Below, piece by piece: positions 38,201 through 51,380 of a stretch of 64,000 nucleotides of DNA; position 1 is the stretch's first letter; the number at the start of each line of letters is the position of its first letter. The DNA comes from Antedon mediterranea (lineage: Eukaryota > Animalia > Echinodermata). Under the pieces are notes generated by a model that saw nothing but the letters and a program-made list of their open reading frames with translations, ran no database searches and was not told the DNA's origin. Made by a program: the position numbers and the translations under genes. The stretch lies in contig NC_092677.1 of NCBI RefSeq assembly GCF_964355755.1, positions 8,020,101 to 8,084,100 on the forward strand. The letters are read 5' to 3'.

Positions 38201-41200
38201 CAGTAATTTGAGTTCGGATTTATAACAAAACTTTTTTCTTTTTTTGTAGACATATGTGGTGAAGTTGACTTAGCTCTAAAGTCTGTAGACCATCCTAAAC
38301 TCCCAGTTCGAATAATCAAACTCGCACAAGGTACTAATCGGGCCAGCTTTATAATCCGAGACATCCTGCCTGGTACTTACACATGTAAGTAATGTTATTC
38401 TAATTATGCTTAGTTAATTTGCATAAACACAGACTCATATGATCTGCGCAACTAGCACTTATAGTGTGTTTTTGCTTACATAAAATGGTTATTAGAAAAA
38501 GATTTTTTGGTCTATCTATGTGTTAATTGTTTTGTTTTTGTCCTAAGTTACAGTACTATAAGTCATTATTTCCATTCTCAAAAAGACAAAATTACTAAGT
38601 TTGCTTCTTATATCTATTTCAATCCAGCTTCCTCTGGTAACTATGTATTATTATTATTTTTGTCTAGTGAATGGCAATCATGCCCACTGGTGTTGGAAGG
38701 AAGCTGTAACCATTAAAGTCAGCAATTCTGATATCAATGACATTAAAATATATCAGAGTGGCTATAAACTTCAATGCCAGAGTTCTCATGCTTGTTCATT
38801 GGTAAGTCTGTTCTTGTGGAGAGTGTGGACACTTAGCCGCAAATATTATATACATATAGAAACAAAAATAATCTAAAATTATATTTTAACACACAAATCA
38901 GAACACATAGTTTTATTAAAATATAGTGAACTTTTTATAAAAATAATTATATTGTTAATCATAATGAAATGAATAATTTCTTGGTAAATTATCTAGCATC
39001 AGGATCATGTAGAATATGTTCTCCCATTGATTTGCTCTACATGCATGACTAGTGTATAAAATGGTCGTAGCTGCCATCTTGTTGGTCCCTCTACATGAAG
39101 AATCACTTTTTGAACAGCGATAACATTGGAGTCCGCCCTCTAGCCAATCTATAAACTCTTTAGTTAAATCTACGATATCTTTTTCCCAACTATTATTAGC
39201 ATTACCAACATGTACAGAATGGTAAAAACAGTGGTAAGTTTGATGTTGTCAAGGGAAGAAATACAATCTGTGTGGATAAAGCAGGTGCATACAAACTCAC
39301 CACTACCTCATGTCATCAGTTTGACAAGAAAGAATATCAATTTGATACGTAAGAAACCAACATATTATTGTGACACTTCACCTATTTGTAATCCATTCAT
39401 TATGTGGGTGTAGTGTACTTTAAGTGCATAGATATTCTGCATTTATCAGTGACTGAAAGAAACATTTATTTATTTATTCTAATACTGTGTGACTCCTTGT
39501 CCCAACGTTATGATACTGTGTGTCTCTCAAAGAATGTACTAGGTTCTTTGAAGTGCACATGAGCCAAATGTGTATTTTTTATTCAAGAAAATTCGTTCTA
39601 CTACCAGAACCATCTAGCGAGTCAGCCTTGAATCCTTACTACGTATTACAGTTCTATTCTATAGTCTTAATCATTCAGCCACTCACTTTCTCAGCCACTT
39701 ACGCAGCATGACTTTTAGGACCAGTTTTTAAGGTTACTACTGGCTAGAATATTTTGAATTCTAGAATATTTATAAGTGGAGAAAAGAAACTGTTGCAATT
39801 ACAAATTCTCTTATCTTAAGTAAAAACTACTTAAGTGAAATCCTTTAAAAATATTTATTGACTTAACTGAAATAATCACTTGAGTGTAATTGATAAATAT
39901 AGCTAAAACGTGTTGGCTTTAATGATGAATGTGACTATCTACCTGTATATCCAAAATATTCAGCGATAATTGTGTAACCATTACAGATCAAATCAGGCGT
40001 TGGTGTCCATGACAGCTTTGAAACATCTTGTACAAGGAAAGATTATTTCTAAAGAGATGATCTCTGATATTGAGGTCAAAATTACATCATCAATTCCATC
40101 TGAACAGCCTGTAACTCTTGGACCCCTGAAGGCTAAGGCAAGTTTAACTGAGAAACAAGAGAAATTATCGGGTAAAGATGCAAAAACAACTGACAAGGGC
40201 AAGAAGGAGTCGTACGAATATGAATTTTCTCATTGGGCAAGGTAATGAATTTGACTACCTTCTAGTTCCATTTCTTCTCTGTCAATGTGGAGATCAAACA
40301 TTTTTATTATACATGTTCATGACGTCATAAGTAAATGCTTTCATATTTCTCAGGACTGCAGAAAAACTTACATTTAAACCAATTTCTGGTGAAGTGCTTT
40401 TCTATCCTAAAGTGTCAGAGGTCAAAGTAAAAGGTGGTAAGTACAAAGAAAATACTTTGTATTAGTACAATAGAAGTATGTTTTGATGTTTTTTTTTACT
40501 CTGGAACTAGTCTTAAAGTTTCTTAAAGCCTATTTAGTTTTTCTTAAGTAAGAACAATTGTCATGTAATGTCAAAATGTTACCAGTATAAACATATTCTC
40601 TAGGACCTATCACAAATCTATTTTCAATTGCATTAGACTCCTGTCCTGGAGAAGAAGTAGTAATTGAAGCTAGGACTGGCATCTTTATATCTGGCAAAAT
40701 AGTGCCACCGCTTGAAGGTGTGAAGATTGACATTCATACTGAGGCACCAGATAAGGCGGTTGATGTAATCAAAACTCGGACAGATAATAAAGGGGTTTAT
40801 AGGTAGGTGTATATTGAAACAGTGTTCTTCCACTAAAAGATAGCTGTTATTTTCATTTTCAACACATGTCTTCTGAGCTTATTGGTGCCATAGGTGCTAA
40901 TGAACATGTCATACTGCATTTCTTGAGCTCATAGAGTGCACAATTTTTCACTTCGCAAACAAATATTTTAACTATTAAATTCGTTGAAGTGAAAAACTCA
41001 AGGAACTAGAATATGTCAGAAAGAAATTTGGAAGATGAAAACATTCCGTATAAACTAAAGTGGAAAACGCCTTTTTTATGCCCGCTGTATTCTAATTGTA
41101 ATAGTTTTGTTCAGCCATGCTCTCAAGACCCATTTGTTCCTATTAATTTTAGTTATATATGTTTTCTTTAGAGTTGGCCCATTTGTTGACACAAATAAGT

Positions 41201-44200
41201 ACACAGTTTTTGCGGAGAAGCAGGGTTACACATTGACAGCAGAAAAAGACAATCCTAGTAACTTTATCGCATTTAAACTTGGTGAAATTACTATTCAGGT
41301 ATGAAAATTAATGTTACTCAAGTCGCTACTAACACACTTATCTGTGAAACAATTTTAGGTAATATATGTTTTAATACTCTGGCCAATCCCTATTCAACAG
41401 ATACCCCCAGGGGCAGTCGCAGGACTATTTGAAAGGGGTTGCCCACAGAATCCATATACTGTAAGTGCTGACTCTGTTGGTTAAATTTTATGATGCAGTT
41501 TGTGAATTTACAATTATATCGATACTGTATAGGATGAAATGGGATCTAAATTTCAATTTAGTGGCAGAAAAAACATTTTGTATGAAATTAAGGGTGTTGC
41601 CCAGGCCACTAGGGCAAAACCCATGCGACCGCCCCTGCACCCCTTTTAAGGGTACACTTTGTTGTCCCCTTAATAGTAATTGTTTACTGTATTGGATTTA
41701 CTGTGGATTTGAATTAATCCAGTTAGTATTACAGCACTTGAGATTCTTGTTTACTATAAAAAAATTTGATTTGTTATAAGGTAGTAGATGAAAATGATCA
41801 ACCACTAGTTGGTGTTGTACTATCATTGAGCGGTGGCAGTTTCCGTAGCAATCAAATGACTCCTCAATCCGGACGAATCACCATTGAATTTCTAGGATCT
41901 GGACAGTACTTCCTAAGAGCTTTCCTCAAGGAATATGAGTTTGAACCCAATTCTAAGGTAAATCTGCCATTTTCATTTCGGTTTTCATTACTTATCCATT
42001 TGATGAAAAGTAAAGGAACATTTTTTCTTGCTTTCTATGATATGCCTTATTTGTGTCCACATCCCAATGCATGTATGAGTTTCCTAATATTTTAAATGAT
42101 GCCCATGTCCTACTGAAAATTATGTTTCAATTTTTTTGGATACAGACAAAAAAATACATAAATTTACTAAAGGTGAATGAAACATTGGCTTATAGTTAAT
42201 GTCATATGCCACACTTAGAAAGTGCATGGTACATTTATTGTTTCCCCTGTGGAACAGTGAAAACAATTAATATTGTCAGTTCTTGGCAATTATAAATAAT
42301 AAAAGGCAAAAATATGATTTAATTTCCACCAGCTCATGGCGATATTTTATGCAAGTGTCGCCACTAGGAAATAGTACCTTTTATATATTATTACAAAAGT
42401 TGATTCATACATTAAAACATAAAAGTGAAAAAAAGAATTTCTAGGCTTTTACATTATCTTGCCTTATACAGCTAACTATTGAAACCCTGCATACAAATTA
42501 GTATTTAATGTAGCAACCTAATTCGTTCACAACTAATCACATCAATTTTTCATACATATTTATGAATAAATTGTTTAGTTTTTGTATTTGTATTTAATAA
42601 TGTATAAGAATATTAAAAACCAAACTTTGTTTGGCTAATCTAGGGGTGTCCAGTTTTGGAAAACTTTATACAGCTTACGGGTGTCTTTTGCAATATTTTT
42701 AGCCAGCATAGCAAATTATTTTATAATAATTGTCACATTTTATATTTTGTTTCGTCCAGTTTTAAAATTGTTTCGTATGTATTTTATTTAAATTGACAGA
42801 GAACCCTTTAGTAATTTTTTTTATGGCTAATAAAATAAAATAGGGTTCAAGTTTGGTGACATCCCTATATTCACATTATAGCATGTATTTTTTCCTATTC
42901 AATTTTCTAGATGATTGAAGTTAAAGAAGCTTCATCTGTAAATCTTAAAGTCATAGGTCATAGAGTAGCATTCAGTTGCTATGGTAGTGTGACCTCTCTA
43001 AATGGTGAACCTGAATCTAACATTGCCTTGGAGGCAAAAGGTCTTGGTGATTGTCAACAATTAATCGAGTCAGCCACTTCAGATGATGAGGGTAAATTCC
43101 GTATGCGTGGCTTAGAGGTAGGTTGTTTACTCAAATATAAGGCAGATTACAGTCTTTGAGTATGCTCTTAAAGTCAAAAATGATTTTCCAATATGTTAGA
43201 AAGGAGTTGCAAATGTGACAAATATTATACATAAAAGATTACCAAAAACAAATGTGTACCTGGTAATGTCATAAACAACCTTTCGCTGATTACCAGCTGC
43301 ATTATGGGAGTATGGTTCCATACATGTTTGATCCAAACCGGTGTAATAATATATACAGCGCTTTAGAGGTTTTACAACATTAAAAATAATTCCAGGATAT
43401 TAATATTATTAATTTTGTTTTTGTTGTCATCAGCCTTCGTGTGAGTATGAATTGAGATTAGAAACAAAAACAGGCATTGAAGCCGATGACCAGATTGAAA
43501 GAGCTGTTCCTCCACTGACCTTACTCAAACCTGATGGAAAAGATATACATGATGTACACATCATTGTCTTCAGAAAGCAATCAAACTTTGACATTGGCGG
43601 AAACGTGGTGACTGATCACCAGTTTGTAAATACATTGAAGGTACAGTACTGTATGGGTTAGCCCTATATTCTCTTATTAGAAAGCTTTTAATTCGTGATG
43701 ACCTATGACCTGTTGTATGCCCTGGCCATGGTCTGGACCTAAACTTTGCCAAAAATGTCAAGGAATGAAGTGACGTTAGCATGTGCCAATTGCTTTCTTA
43801 TTACAATAAACAGGATATAACTAGGTCATACGTCTTCACAAACTAAAAGCTTCTATAAAAACTAAATTTGATTTTGGAGCTTGGATGAATAGAAAATAAA
43901 CTGCAAAAAAAACCAAAAAAAGCATTTCGTCAGTATTATTTGTTGGATATGATCCAACATTAACTTTCTAATGTAAAGGCTTTAGGCATGTTATGCTCTA
44001 TTAAGTGCAAATTATACTTGTTATTTTCTTGTATAAATAGAACAAAGGAATTATTTTAGAATTAATACATCTCTACAGGCTTTGTTTGACAATTTTTAAT
44101 CATAATGATAATTTCAATAATAATTTAAATTACCGTTATTTAGAAAAATCATATCCTTCATTAAAATTTCACCAGCGGCCTCATCAAAGACATACAGTGA

Positions 44201-47200
44201 TTATATATAATTAGAGTTGATTGTTATAAATCCAAAATTTGTTTTTAAATAGGTAGGAAGAGAATTAATTTTACATAGAATAATGTTTGTAAATTGTAAA
44301 CCATCAATCATGAATACAGTAATTTATTTATAAATCTCTGAAATGGAACCAGCAGTATGACTGCTTCAAATCACATGTTTATATTAAAAAATCTAATAAT
44401 TATGTTTAAAGATGTATTGTCCCCCAAAAACATGAAAAATGAAGAATAATTAAATAAGACTTTGAATAGAGTATTTTCTAGTTTTAATAAAGTTAATCAC
44501 TTTCGTAGGAAAAAAACCCCTAAAAAATAATTTTTAAAGTTTCACTTATAAAATTACAAAATAAATGGTTAAATTCAACCTAAAAATCCATTGGCTGGCA
44601 GCCAATTTGACTATTTTTTGGCTTAAAATTACAGTTTTTTTAGTTAAATAATTTTTTTAGGATCTAGTTTTTGGTCAAAGTGGATAACTATTATGTGACT
44701 TTAAAATGGCATATTCAACAGAAAAATGTTTAATTATTATTTTTCAAGGGGAAAATACATCTTTAAATTGTAAAAACCATCAATCATGAATACAGTAATT
44801 TATTTAAAAATCTCTGAAAGGAAACCAGCAGTATGACCGCTTAAAAAACTATTGAAGAAATACATATTGTAAAATTTAAATTGAATTACACAATTGGTCC
44901 CTTATGATTCAAAGTCACTCATGCATTTGTAAGTATTTTTTGCAAATTTTAGCAGAGTCGTGTCTGTCATAAAAAATGCATGTAAATTGGAAAAATAATA
45001 AATTTAACTGATCTAATAAAACAAAAGACAAAAAATGTTTAATAATTTAAAATATTTATTGTAGAATGGTGTACTCAATTTCAGGTATTGTAAATTTTAA
45101 TTATTTAACGTGGCAAATATAAGAAACATGGTTTGCATATTAGGTTTACAGTAAGTATTTGATTACAAGTTCAAATTCAACTTATTTTATTTGTCCTGGA
45201 TAAATATAAGGTCATTCTGGTGCTGTGCCACATACTAAATATAGTTACACTATTGGAGAGATTTTGATATTCATCTTTTCGAGATGGGTTTCTTCTACGA
45301 TGATTTTATTTATTTATTCAAGATCCAACATTGTAAAGAAAAACACCAATACAGGATCGCCATAACATATATCAAATATAATATTTGATTTACATAAAAA
45401 AGAACAAGGAACAAACCGATATATATATATATATATTTTATTAAAAATGACATTAAAAGCAGAAGTATTACAACTAAAAATATCGATGTAAGGAAATCTT
45501 TGAACTAAACTATTATATGAATGAGCAACCTGACAAAAAATACCGTTACTTATACACATAACTTATAAAATAGAATATGCATGATTACATATATAAACTG
45601 TAATGTCAATCAATCACACAGTTTGAAAGGCTTTAGGGCACAAACTTTATCCAAATGCATGGATTATACTTGAAATATTGAAAACAAAGTTATATATGCA
45701 AATTTATTCCTAAACTGATAATTGAATACAGTTCAATTCTGTGACATGTAACAGAGTCAAATGCAAAATCATTAATGTCAATGTGTTATAAATTTGTCTA
45801 TTAGAAGTTTCTAACTTAGTATCATATAAGTCATATAACGCAAAACAAATTTTGATTAGATTTAATAATATCAATATGTGTAGCATAAATCCTACAGGTA
45901 CATATGAAAAGGTACAAAAATATTTTATACAGTATTATAATTAAAAAATAATTGACGCGAGTTCAAATTTCAACATTTTATTTGCACATGTTGAAATTTT
46001 AATTTATGTATCTAGTTTGCCCTTCTTTTTTTTATCAACGACTTCTGTTCATGCTTTGCATCATGTTAAACACTCACTATTTATTTATTTACAGGTGACT
46101 GTATTTAACGAAAATGATCTAGGCTCTGCCATCCATACTGTAGCTCTTGGAGCTAGCAGCTTCTTCCACCTTCCGCCTTTACCAATGAATGGACAGGTAT
46201 GTACTGGTGGTGTTCTTTGATAATCTCTTTACAGCTCAATCAAAGCTACTGTATATTGGGATTGGGTGCAGGTGCTTACCTCACTAAGGTAAGCACCTGC
46301 ACCCAATCCCAATATACAGTAGCTTTGGTGAATCCTAATAGAACAGGAAACTGCTATAATATCCACAGGGTAACCCCCCTAACTCCTTTAATTGGCACAC
46401 AGCCATTATGTGTACACTGGTCCTAAATTTGTACCTACTAGAGTTTTTATTTTAATTGTAATCTGGTCACAGTGATAAAAAGGTATCTTCATATTTTGTC
46501 TCAACTGGTACCTACTAGATTTTATTTCTATTGTAATATGTTCAGTGATGAATGGGTATCCTCATACTTGGCCCCAAGTGTTACCCTACCAGAGGTTATA
46601 TACACCATACCCTGGTTATTAAAGAAGAGACTGATCTCTTTGTCAATCTTATTTTCAGAAATATGTACTAAGACTTGAGTCGTCATTATCAAAATCAAAT
46701 TATAAATACAAGACTCAGGAAGCCTCTTTCATTGCTGAAGGTGTCTACCAGCATATCACATTTGAATTTAATCCTGAGGTAAGTGTGCTTTTCCGTTTTA
46801 TGAACATAAATAATGAAATTTATCAATTAACATTTTTAGTAATGATTTGTGGTTTAGAAAACACGCTAAAATAAGACTTTCTATGATAGTAAACTTTCTA
46901 TTTATTTTTGTTTGTAACTAACCAGTTTTCCATAAGTCATTCATTTATACAATATTTAATTGCGTTTACTAATTTTCTAAGAATAGGTGAATATATTATC
47001 CCTTTGTATTAATAATATGAATATTAATGAGTTGCTTTTCACCAAGATGATCTAACAATGGTTATAGAAAGGAATAAAACAGGAATGTTTAAGTGTCACA
47101 ACATTTACGAATTATATACATCATATTGGTATTACTTTTGAAAGGAAAAATACAATCGTAAAAAATGTATTTCGATTAATATCATTTTCCAAGATATATT

Positions 47201-48126
47201 TTAAATCATTGTTCTGTGCATTTGTTTTTCAGAAAAGAAATTTGGACCAAGATTTTAGTCAAGGGTCTTACTTTGCATTGCCTTTTATTATAGCATTAAT
47301 TGTTATTGGTGTGAACCATTCTAAGGTAATTTTATGTTATTTATTCAACATCTCACAAGTACGGAATGTTTACATGTTGGTTGGTGTTTCATGTTTACCA
47401 TGTTTTCACACAGCAATTTTGTCTAAACCAGTTTGACAAAAAGAGGTGTGATGTGACATTTTTTGTCACATAAAAGTTTGATAGTGCAGACTGAGCTTTG
47501 TACCCAAACAAAAAACCACTGGGAAAGACCAATTGATTAATATCTACATTATTCTTGCAATCAGCAGGGATAGGGAAGAAATAGTCCAAACTCTGGGTGC
47601 CCCAGCCTGTCCTGTAATAATTCTATGCATTGTAGTATAGGCACAGACACTTGATTCGGAAGAATAGAAAACCTCTACTGGAACTGATTGAATATAATAA
47701 ACTCAAACTTTTTAGATAGGTATGTTATATACTATGTCGTAATCTGTTGTTATTTCAGCCGTTGATTGAGTTTTTACTAAAGTTTGATATTCATGTTAAT
47801 ATAACTTTAGATTAGGAATGTTATTACTTGTTACAACTTTTTTCCTTTAGTCAGTGTGAAATAGGTTTTAGTCACTACTTTTCAAATGTGAAACAAATAT
47901 TTATTTTGTCTACTGTTTCAATGCGTACTTTCTCATTGTGAACTTTAGTATCTTTTCTTTTTATATGACCTACTTTACTATTATTTTTTATTGTTAGGTA
48001 TTACCATTTCTAAAGCAATTACAAGAATCGATTCAAAAACGTAAACCATCTCCAGTCAGAGCAGATTCGCGTGAAATAATAGATGATGCAAGACAAAAGA
48101 AGAAAACTAAACCAAGAAAGACATGA
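32244..48126 (+). CDS. NOMO1: Nodal modulator (NOMO; ER BOS complex subunit)
   Basis: 25 exons: 32244-32381, 33118-33253, 34052-34152, 34756-34862, 35236-35461, 35755-35889, 36109-36198, 36512-36568, 36811-37010, 37274-37439, 37785-37926, 38250-38384, 38668-38801, 39200-39348, 39987-40241, 40354-40436, 40637-40802, 41172-41298, 41781-41957, 42911-43117, 43434-43640, 46095-46196, 46659-46778, 47233-47325, 47998-48126. Signal peptide, GCGGFVKSDIEINYSRI, TDCAPNNGYFMIPIYDKGEF, HWCW, TM QGSYFALPFIIALIVIG, basic tail RQKKKTKPRKT*. Confidence 0.95.
32919..33007. mobile_element. Tiny hairpin MITE (Mutator-like termini)
   Basis: GGGTGTCTAGAAAACTCAGAT / ATCTGAGTTTCCTAGACACCC, flanked on both sides by A(n)GC, a plausible ~9-bp target duplication. 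Confidence 0.5.
33647..33915. mobile_element. Hairpin MITE in NOMO intron 2 (half copy at ~38075-38225)
   Basis: ~115-bp imperfect inverted arms (CTCCATTGAGATCCAGCC / GGCTGGATCTCAATGGAG). Confidence 0.7.
41408..41637. mobile_element. Non-autonomous hAT-like MITE
   Basis: TIR CAGGGGCAGTCGCA / TGCGACCGCCCCTG; flanks TACCCC / CACCCC (6-bp duplication with 1 mismatch). Confidence 0.65.
44410..44762. mobile_element. TTAA-targeted MITE (Kolobok-like)
   Basis: TTAA|AGATGTATTGTCCCC ... GGGGAAAATACATCT|TTAA. Confidence 0.7.
46241..46327. repeat. Perfect 41-bp inverted repeat with 5-nt loop
   Basis: CAAAGCTACTGTATATTGGGATTGGGTGCAGGTGCTTACCT-cacta-exact reverse complement. Confidence 0.95.
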
Positions 48127-49702
48127 ATTAGGATAGAAAATAAAAATAAGAAATAAAAATGAGAAATAAGAATGTAGAAATTGGAAAAGGGATATAAATT
48201 AAAACAAGAAAAGATAATAAATGCTAGAATGATACTGTACGTTAGGAACTGATCTGTAGGTCTTTTACAACTACGAAGCACCTGGGATTCGAACATGTCT
48301 TAATAAAGCAGAAGCCATGCGATTGGATTCACTAACTGTAGGTCCATATTCCATTAAGTTCATTTCGATATTCACACCTTCCTCTTTTCATTTCAGTATT
48401 TATGTTGATATAATAATGATAATATGAGCATTTATTATACAAATAATGAATGTTTTTGAGTGAAATGGTACAAATAATTTCATATGGTGAAAATTTCATC
48501 TTTCACCGAATGATAATTAATATTTATCGGTATCATTTCACGAATGTACTGCACTACATTTTATTTTTATATGAAGGGGTGTTATAAAAAGCACTCTTTA
48601 AACGATTTGATCTTGTGAGTTTTAAAAAGAGGATTACATTCATCTCCAAGATTCCAAAACTTACGAATGTGAAATGGAACTTTGAGTGGATTTTAAAAGG
48701 ACCCTTTTTTCGAAAAACCCAATTTAAACTAGTAAAATAATGATGATGACTCATTGTGCTGCATTTGTATTTGGTTTTAAAAAAACAAAGTAAAGTAATC
48801 GAGTACAGTGTCTCTGTGCCGATTTAAATTTTCATGGTTTAATATGCAATCATTTCTAGAAAATTGTATAAGATATTTGTTATGATTTTTTAACTGTACG
48901 GTTATATATGGGTAGTATTTGGTAGGCTATTGTAGTAATGTAAGTAATATTGTATGTTTATTTGGGAATTATTGGGTGTAAATGTAATGTTTTAATCTTT
49001 CTGAACACAACGTCAACAAATAGTATGAACTTTCATTGATGATTGATTTTCATCAGGGAGCTAAGTAAATCCCATGTGTTGCCCAACTCTGACGTCATAA
49101 TGCTCAGTACATTGAGAGCACTTTTCGAAACCGCACGTAAATCTCGGATTAGAACATGGAGCTATCAATGGTTGGAATTACGTTCATGTTCTGTTAAACA
49201 GCGTTGGTTGGTTGGGTGGCATACTTATTCCCTCTGGCTTTGAGTAAAATAGTTACTATGACGTGTTTATAGTTTTTCCAAGTATAAAATTGTTTTTGTT
49301 GTCATACAAATGAAGGATATCATTTCAATTTATTAAGCAGGAAAGTATTCTCAAATGTAACGAGTATTCGGTAAAATGACATGTCATAGTCTTGTAAACA
49401 TTTTCCCGCATGATTTCTTGGCGCAGCAAATATATATTAAGATTAAATGTCATTGTAATAACAATGTTATATCAAAGGCATTGTACAGATTGCTTGTAAT
49501 TTAATCTATGTAAACTAAATCTTGCTGATAGGTGTCTAATTTAATCATGAAAAGAAATGTCCAAAACAAGTTAAATAAAATAAGAAATTAAATGATTATA
49601 CACTAGAAGAAGAGTAAATAATAGTAAAACAGTCTGCCTACTTATAAACTAATTATGTATCTTCATTTTATATGCATTTTCATAATAATATATATGTATA
49701 AT

Positions 49703-50217
49703 GCACACTAAATAACTAGTGTGCCATTCACATTAAATAACTAGTGTGCCATTCACACTAAATAACTAGTTTGCCATTCACACTAAATAACTAGTTTGCC
49801 ATTCACAATAAATAACCAGTGTGCCTTTCACACCAAATAACTAGTGTGCCATTCACACCAAATAACTAGTGTGCCATTCACACTAAATAACTAGTGTGCC
49901 ATTCACACTAAATAACTAGTGTGCCATTCACACTAAATAACTAGTGTGCCATTCACACCAAATAACTAGTGTTCCATTCACACTAAATAACTAGTGTGCT
50001 TTCCACACTACATAACTAGTGTGCCATTCACACTAAATAACCAGTGTGCCATTCACACTAAAAAAACTAGTGTGCCATTCATACTAAATAACTAGTGTGC
50101 TTTCCACACTACATAACTAGTGTGCCATTCACACTAAATAACCAGTGTGCCATTCACACTAAAAAAACTAGTGTGCCATTCATACTAAATAACTAGTGTG
50201 TCATTCACACTAAATAA
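49703..50217. repeat. 25-bp minisatellite, ~20 copies, each unit internally palindromic
   Basis: Unit CACACTA-AATAAC-TAGTGTG-CCATT, with no variable spacers. Confidence 0.95.
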
Positions 50218-51380
50218 ACCTTATACAACTTAATGACAATACAAAAAAGGTCAACTCACCTTAGACGGTAAAACGTTTCACTGGTTTTATTCAATACTTC
50301 ACCATAACTTATTCAAACACCTAATGTCAATATGGGTGTAGTTTGTTCTTTTTAACGTATTTTGTCCAGCTAGACCTACTAATGTACCTACGTTGCCATC
50401 GAATTTAGCATTATTTGGAATTTACTTTTCTTGGAAATCTTACTAATGTTTAGTTTTTAACATTTGAAATCAATTACTGTACTTGACTTTGTTAACTCAT
50501 TACCGTATTCATCTCTTTTATATTACTGTAACAAAGGAGATATATGCGTTTCGGCTGGTGTATCGGTCGTGGTAAGTGTTTTACACTTTGTATTGGTGTA
50601 GGCCCTACTGTGTCTAATTGCTTTAGCTCTAAAATTGTTCGTTTTTATTGAAATAGTCGATATCATTGTATTTTACAATCATGACATACTATTTGTATAA
50701 TTAAATCTTCCGTTGACGCTAGTGACTTCAAAACGCTAACCCTCCTAAACTTTGAAATGGCATAACTATTACATTGATATTAATAACGATATCCGTATCC
50801 TAGACTAAATTAATATTGATCGACGTTAAATTACACATAAAATCTGAAATGGATAGTTTCGAATGTTTGATACTTTTATCTCTTTTTTGGAATAATAGAG
50901 CACCCTTTGTCATCCACTGTACTGCTAAAATTGAACATAATTATGTGAAACTATATCGGTGGATCGGCCTATTGATATATACCCAGTGTCACTTGGTATA
51001 TTATTAGTTAAATAGAGCCAAGAGACCATGGATAATAGGACATTGTGTTAAGAACTGTAGTTGGAATTTCTGACTTTTCACGAGTCAACTCACTGTGTAT
51101 ACAACGCTATTTCAATTGCTATTGTATAATTTCGTAATGGTTCAGTAATTAAGAAATATCAACTTCTATGATTTTTAATCAAACGGTTGAACAATTTGGG
51201 AAAATTATTACAGACCTTAAAATATAAATGGCGTGTATTATCCTGTATAGAATAGCTTATTGAAATATATTTCATTTACTTTTGAAGGAAGAGCGACATT
51301 CTTTGCTGACAATATCATTGTTTTACAGTTTATATGTTTTTTATTTGCGTGTTCTCTGTCTCTTTTAGATATGCATCAAA

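Noticed and set aside
49703-50217. CRISPR-like array of palindromic repeats
   Set aside because: Units abut with no unique spacers, there are no cas genes, and the context is eukaryotic; it is a minisatellite.
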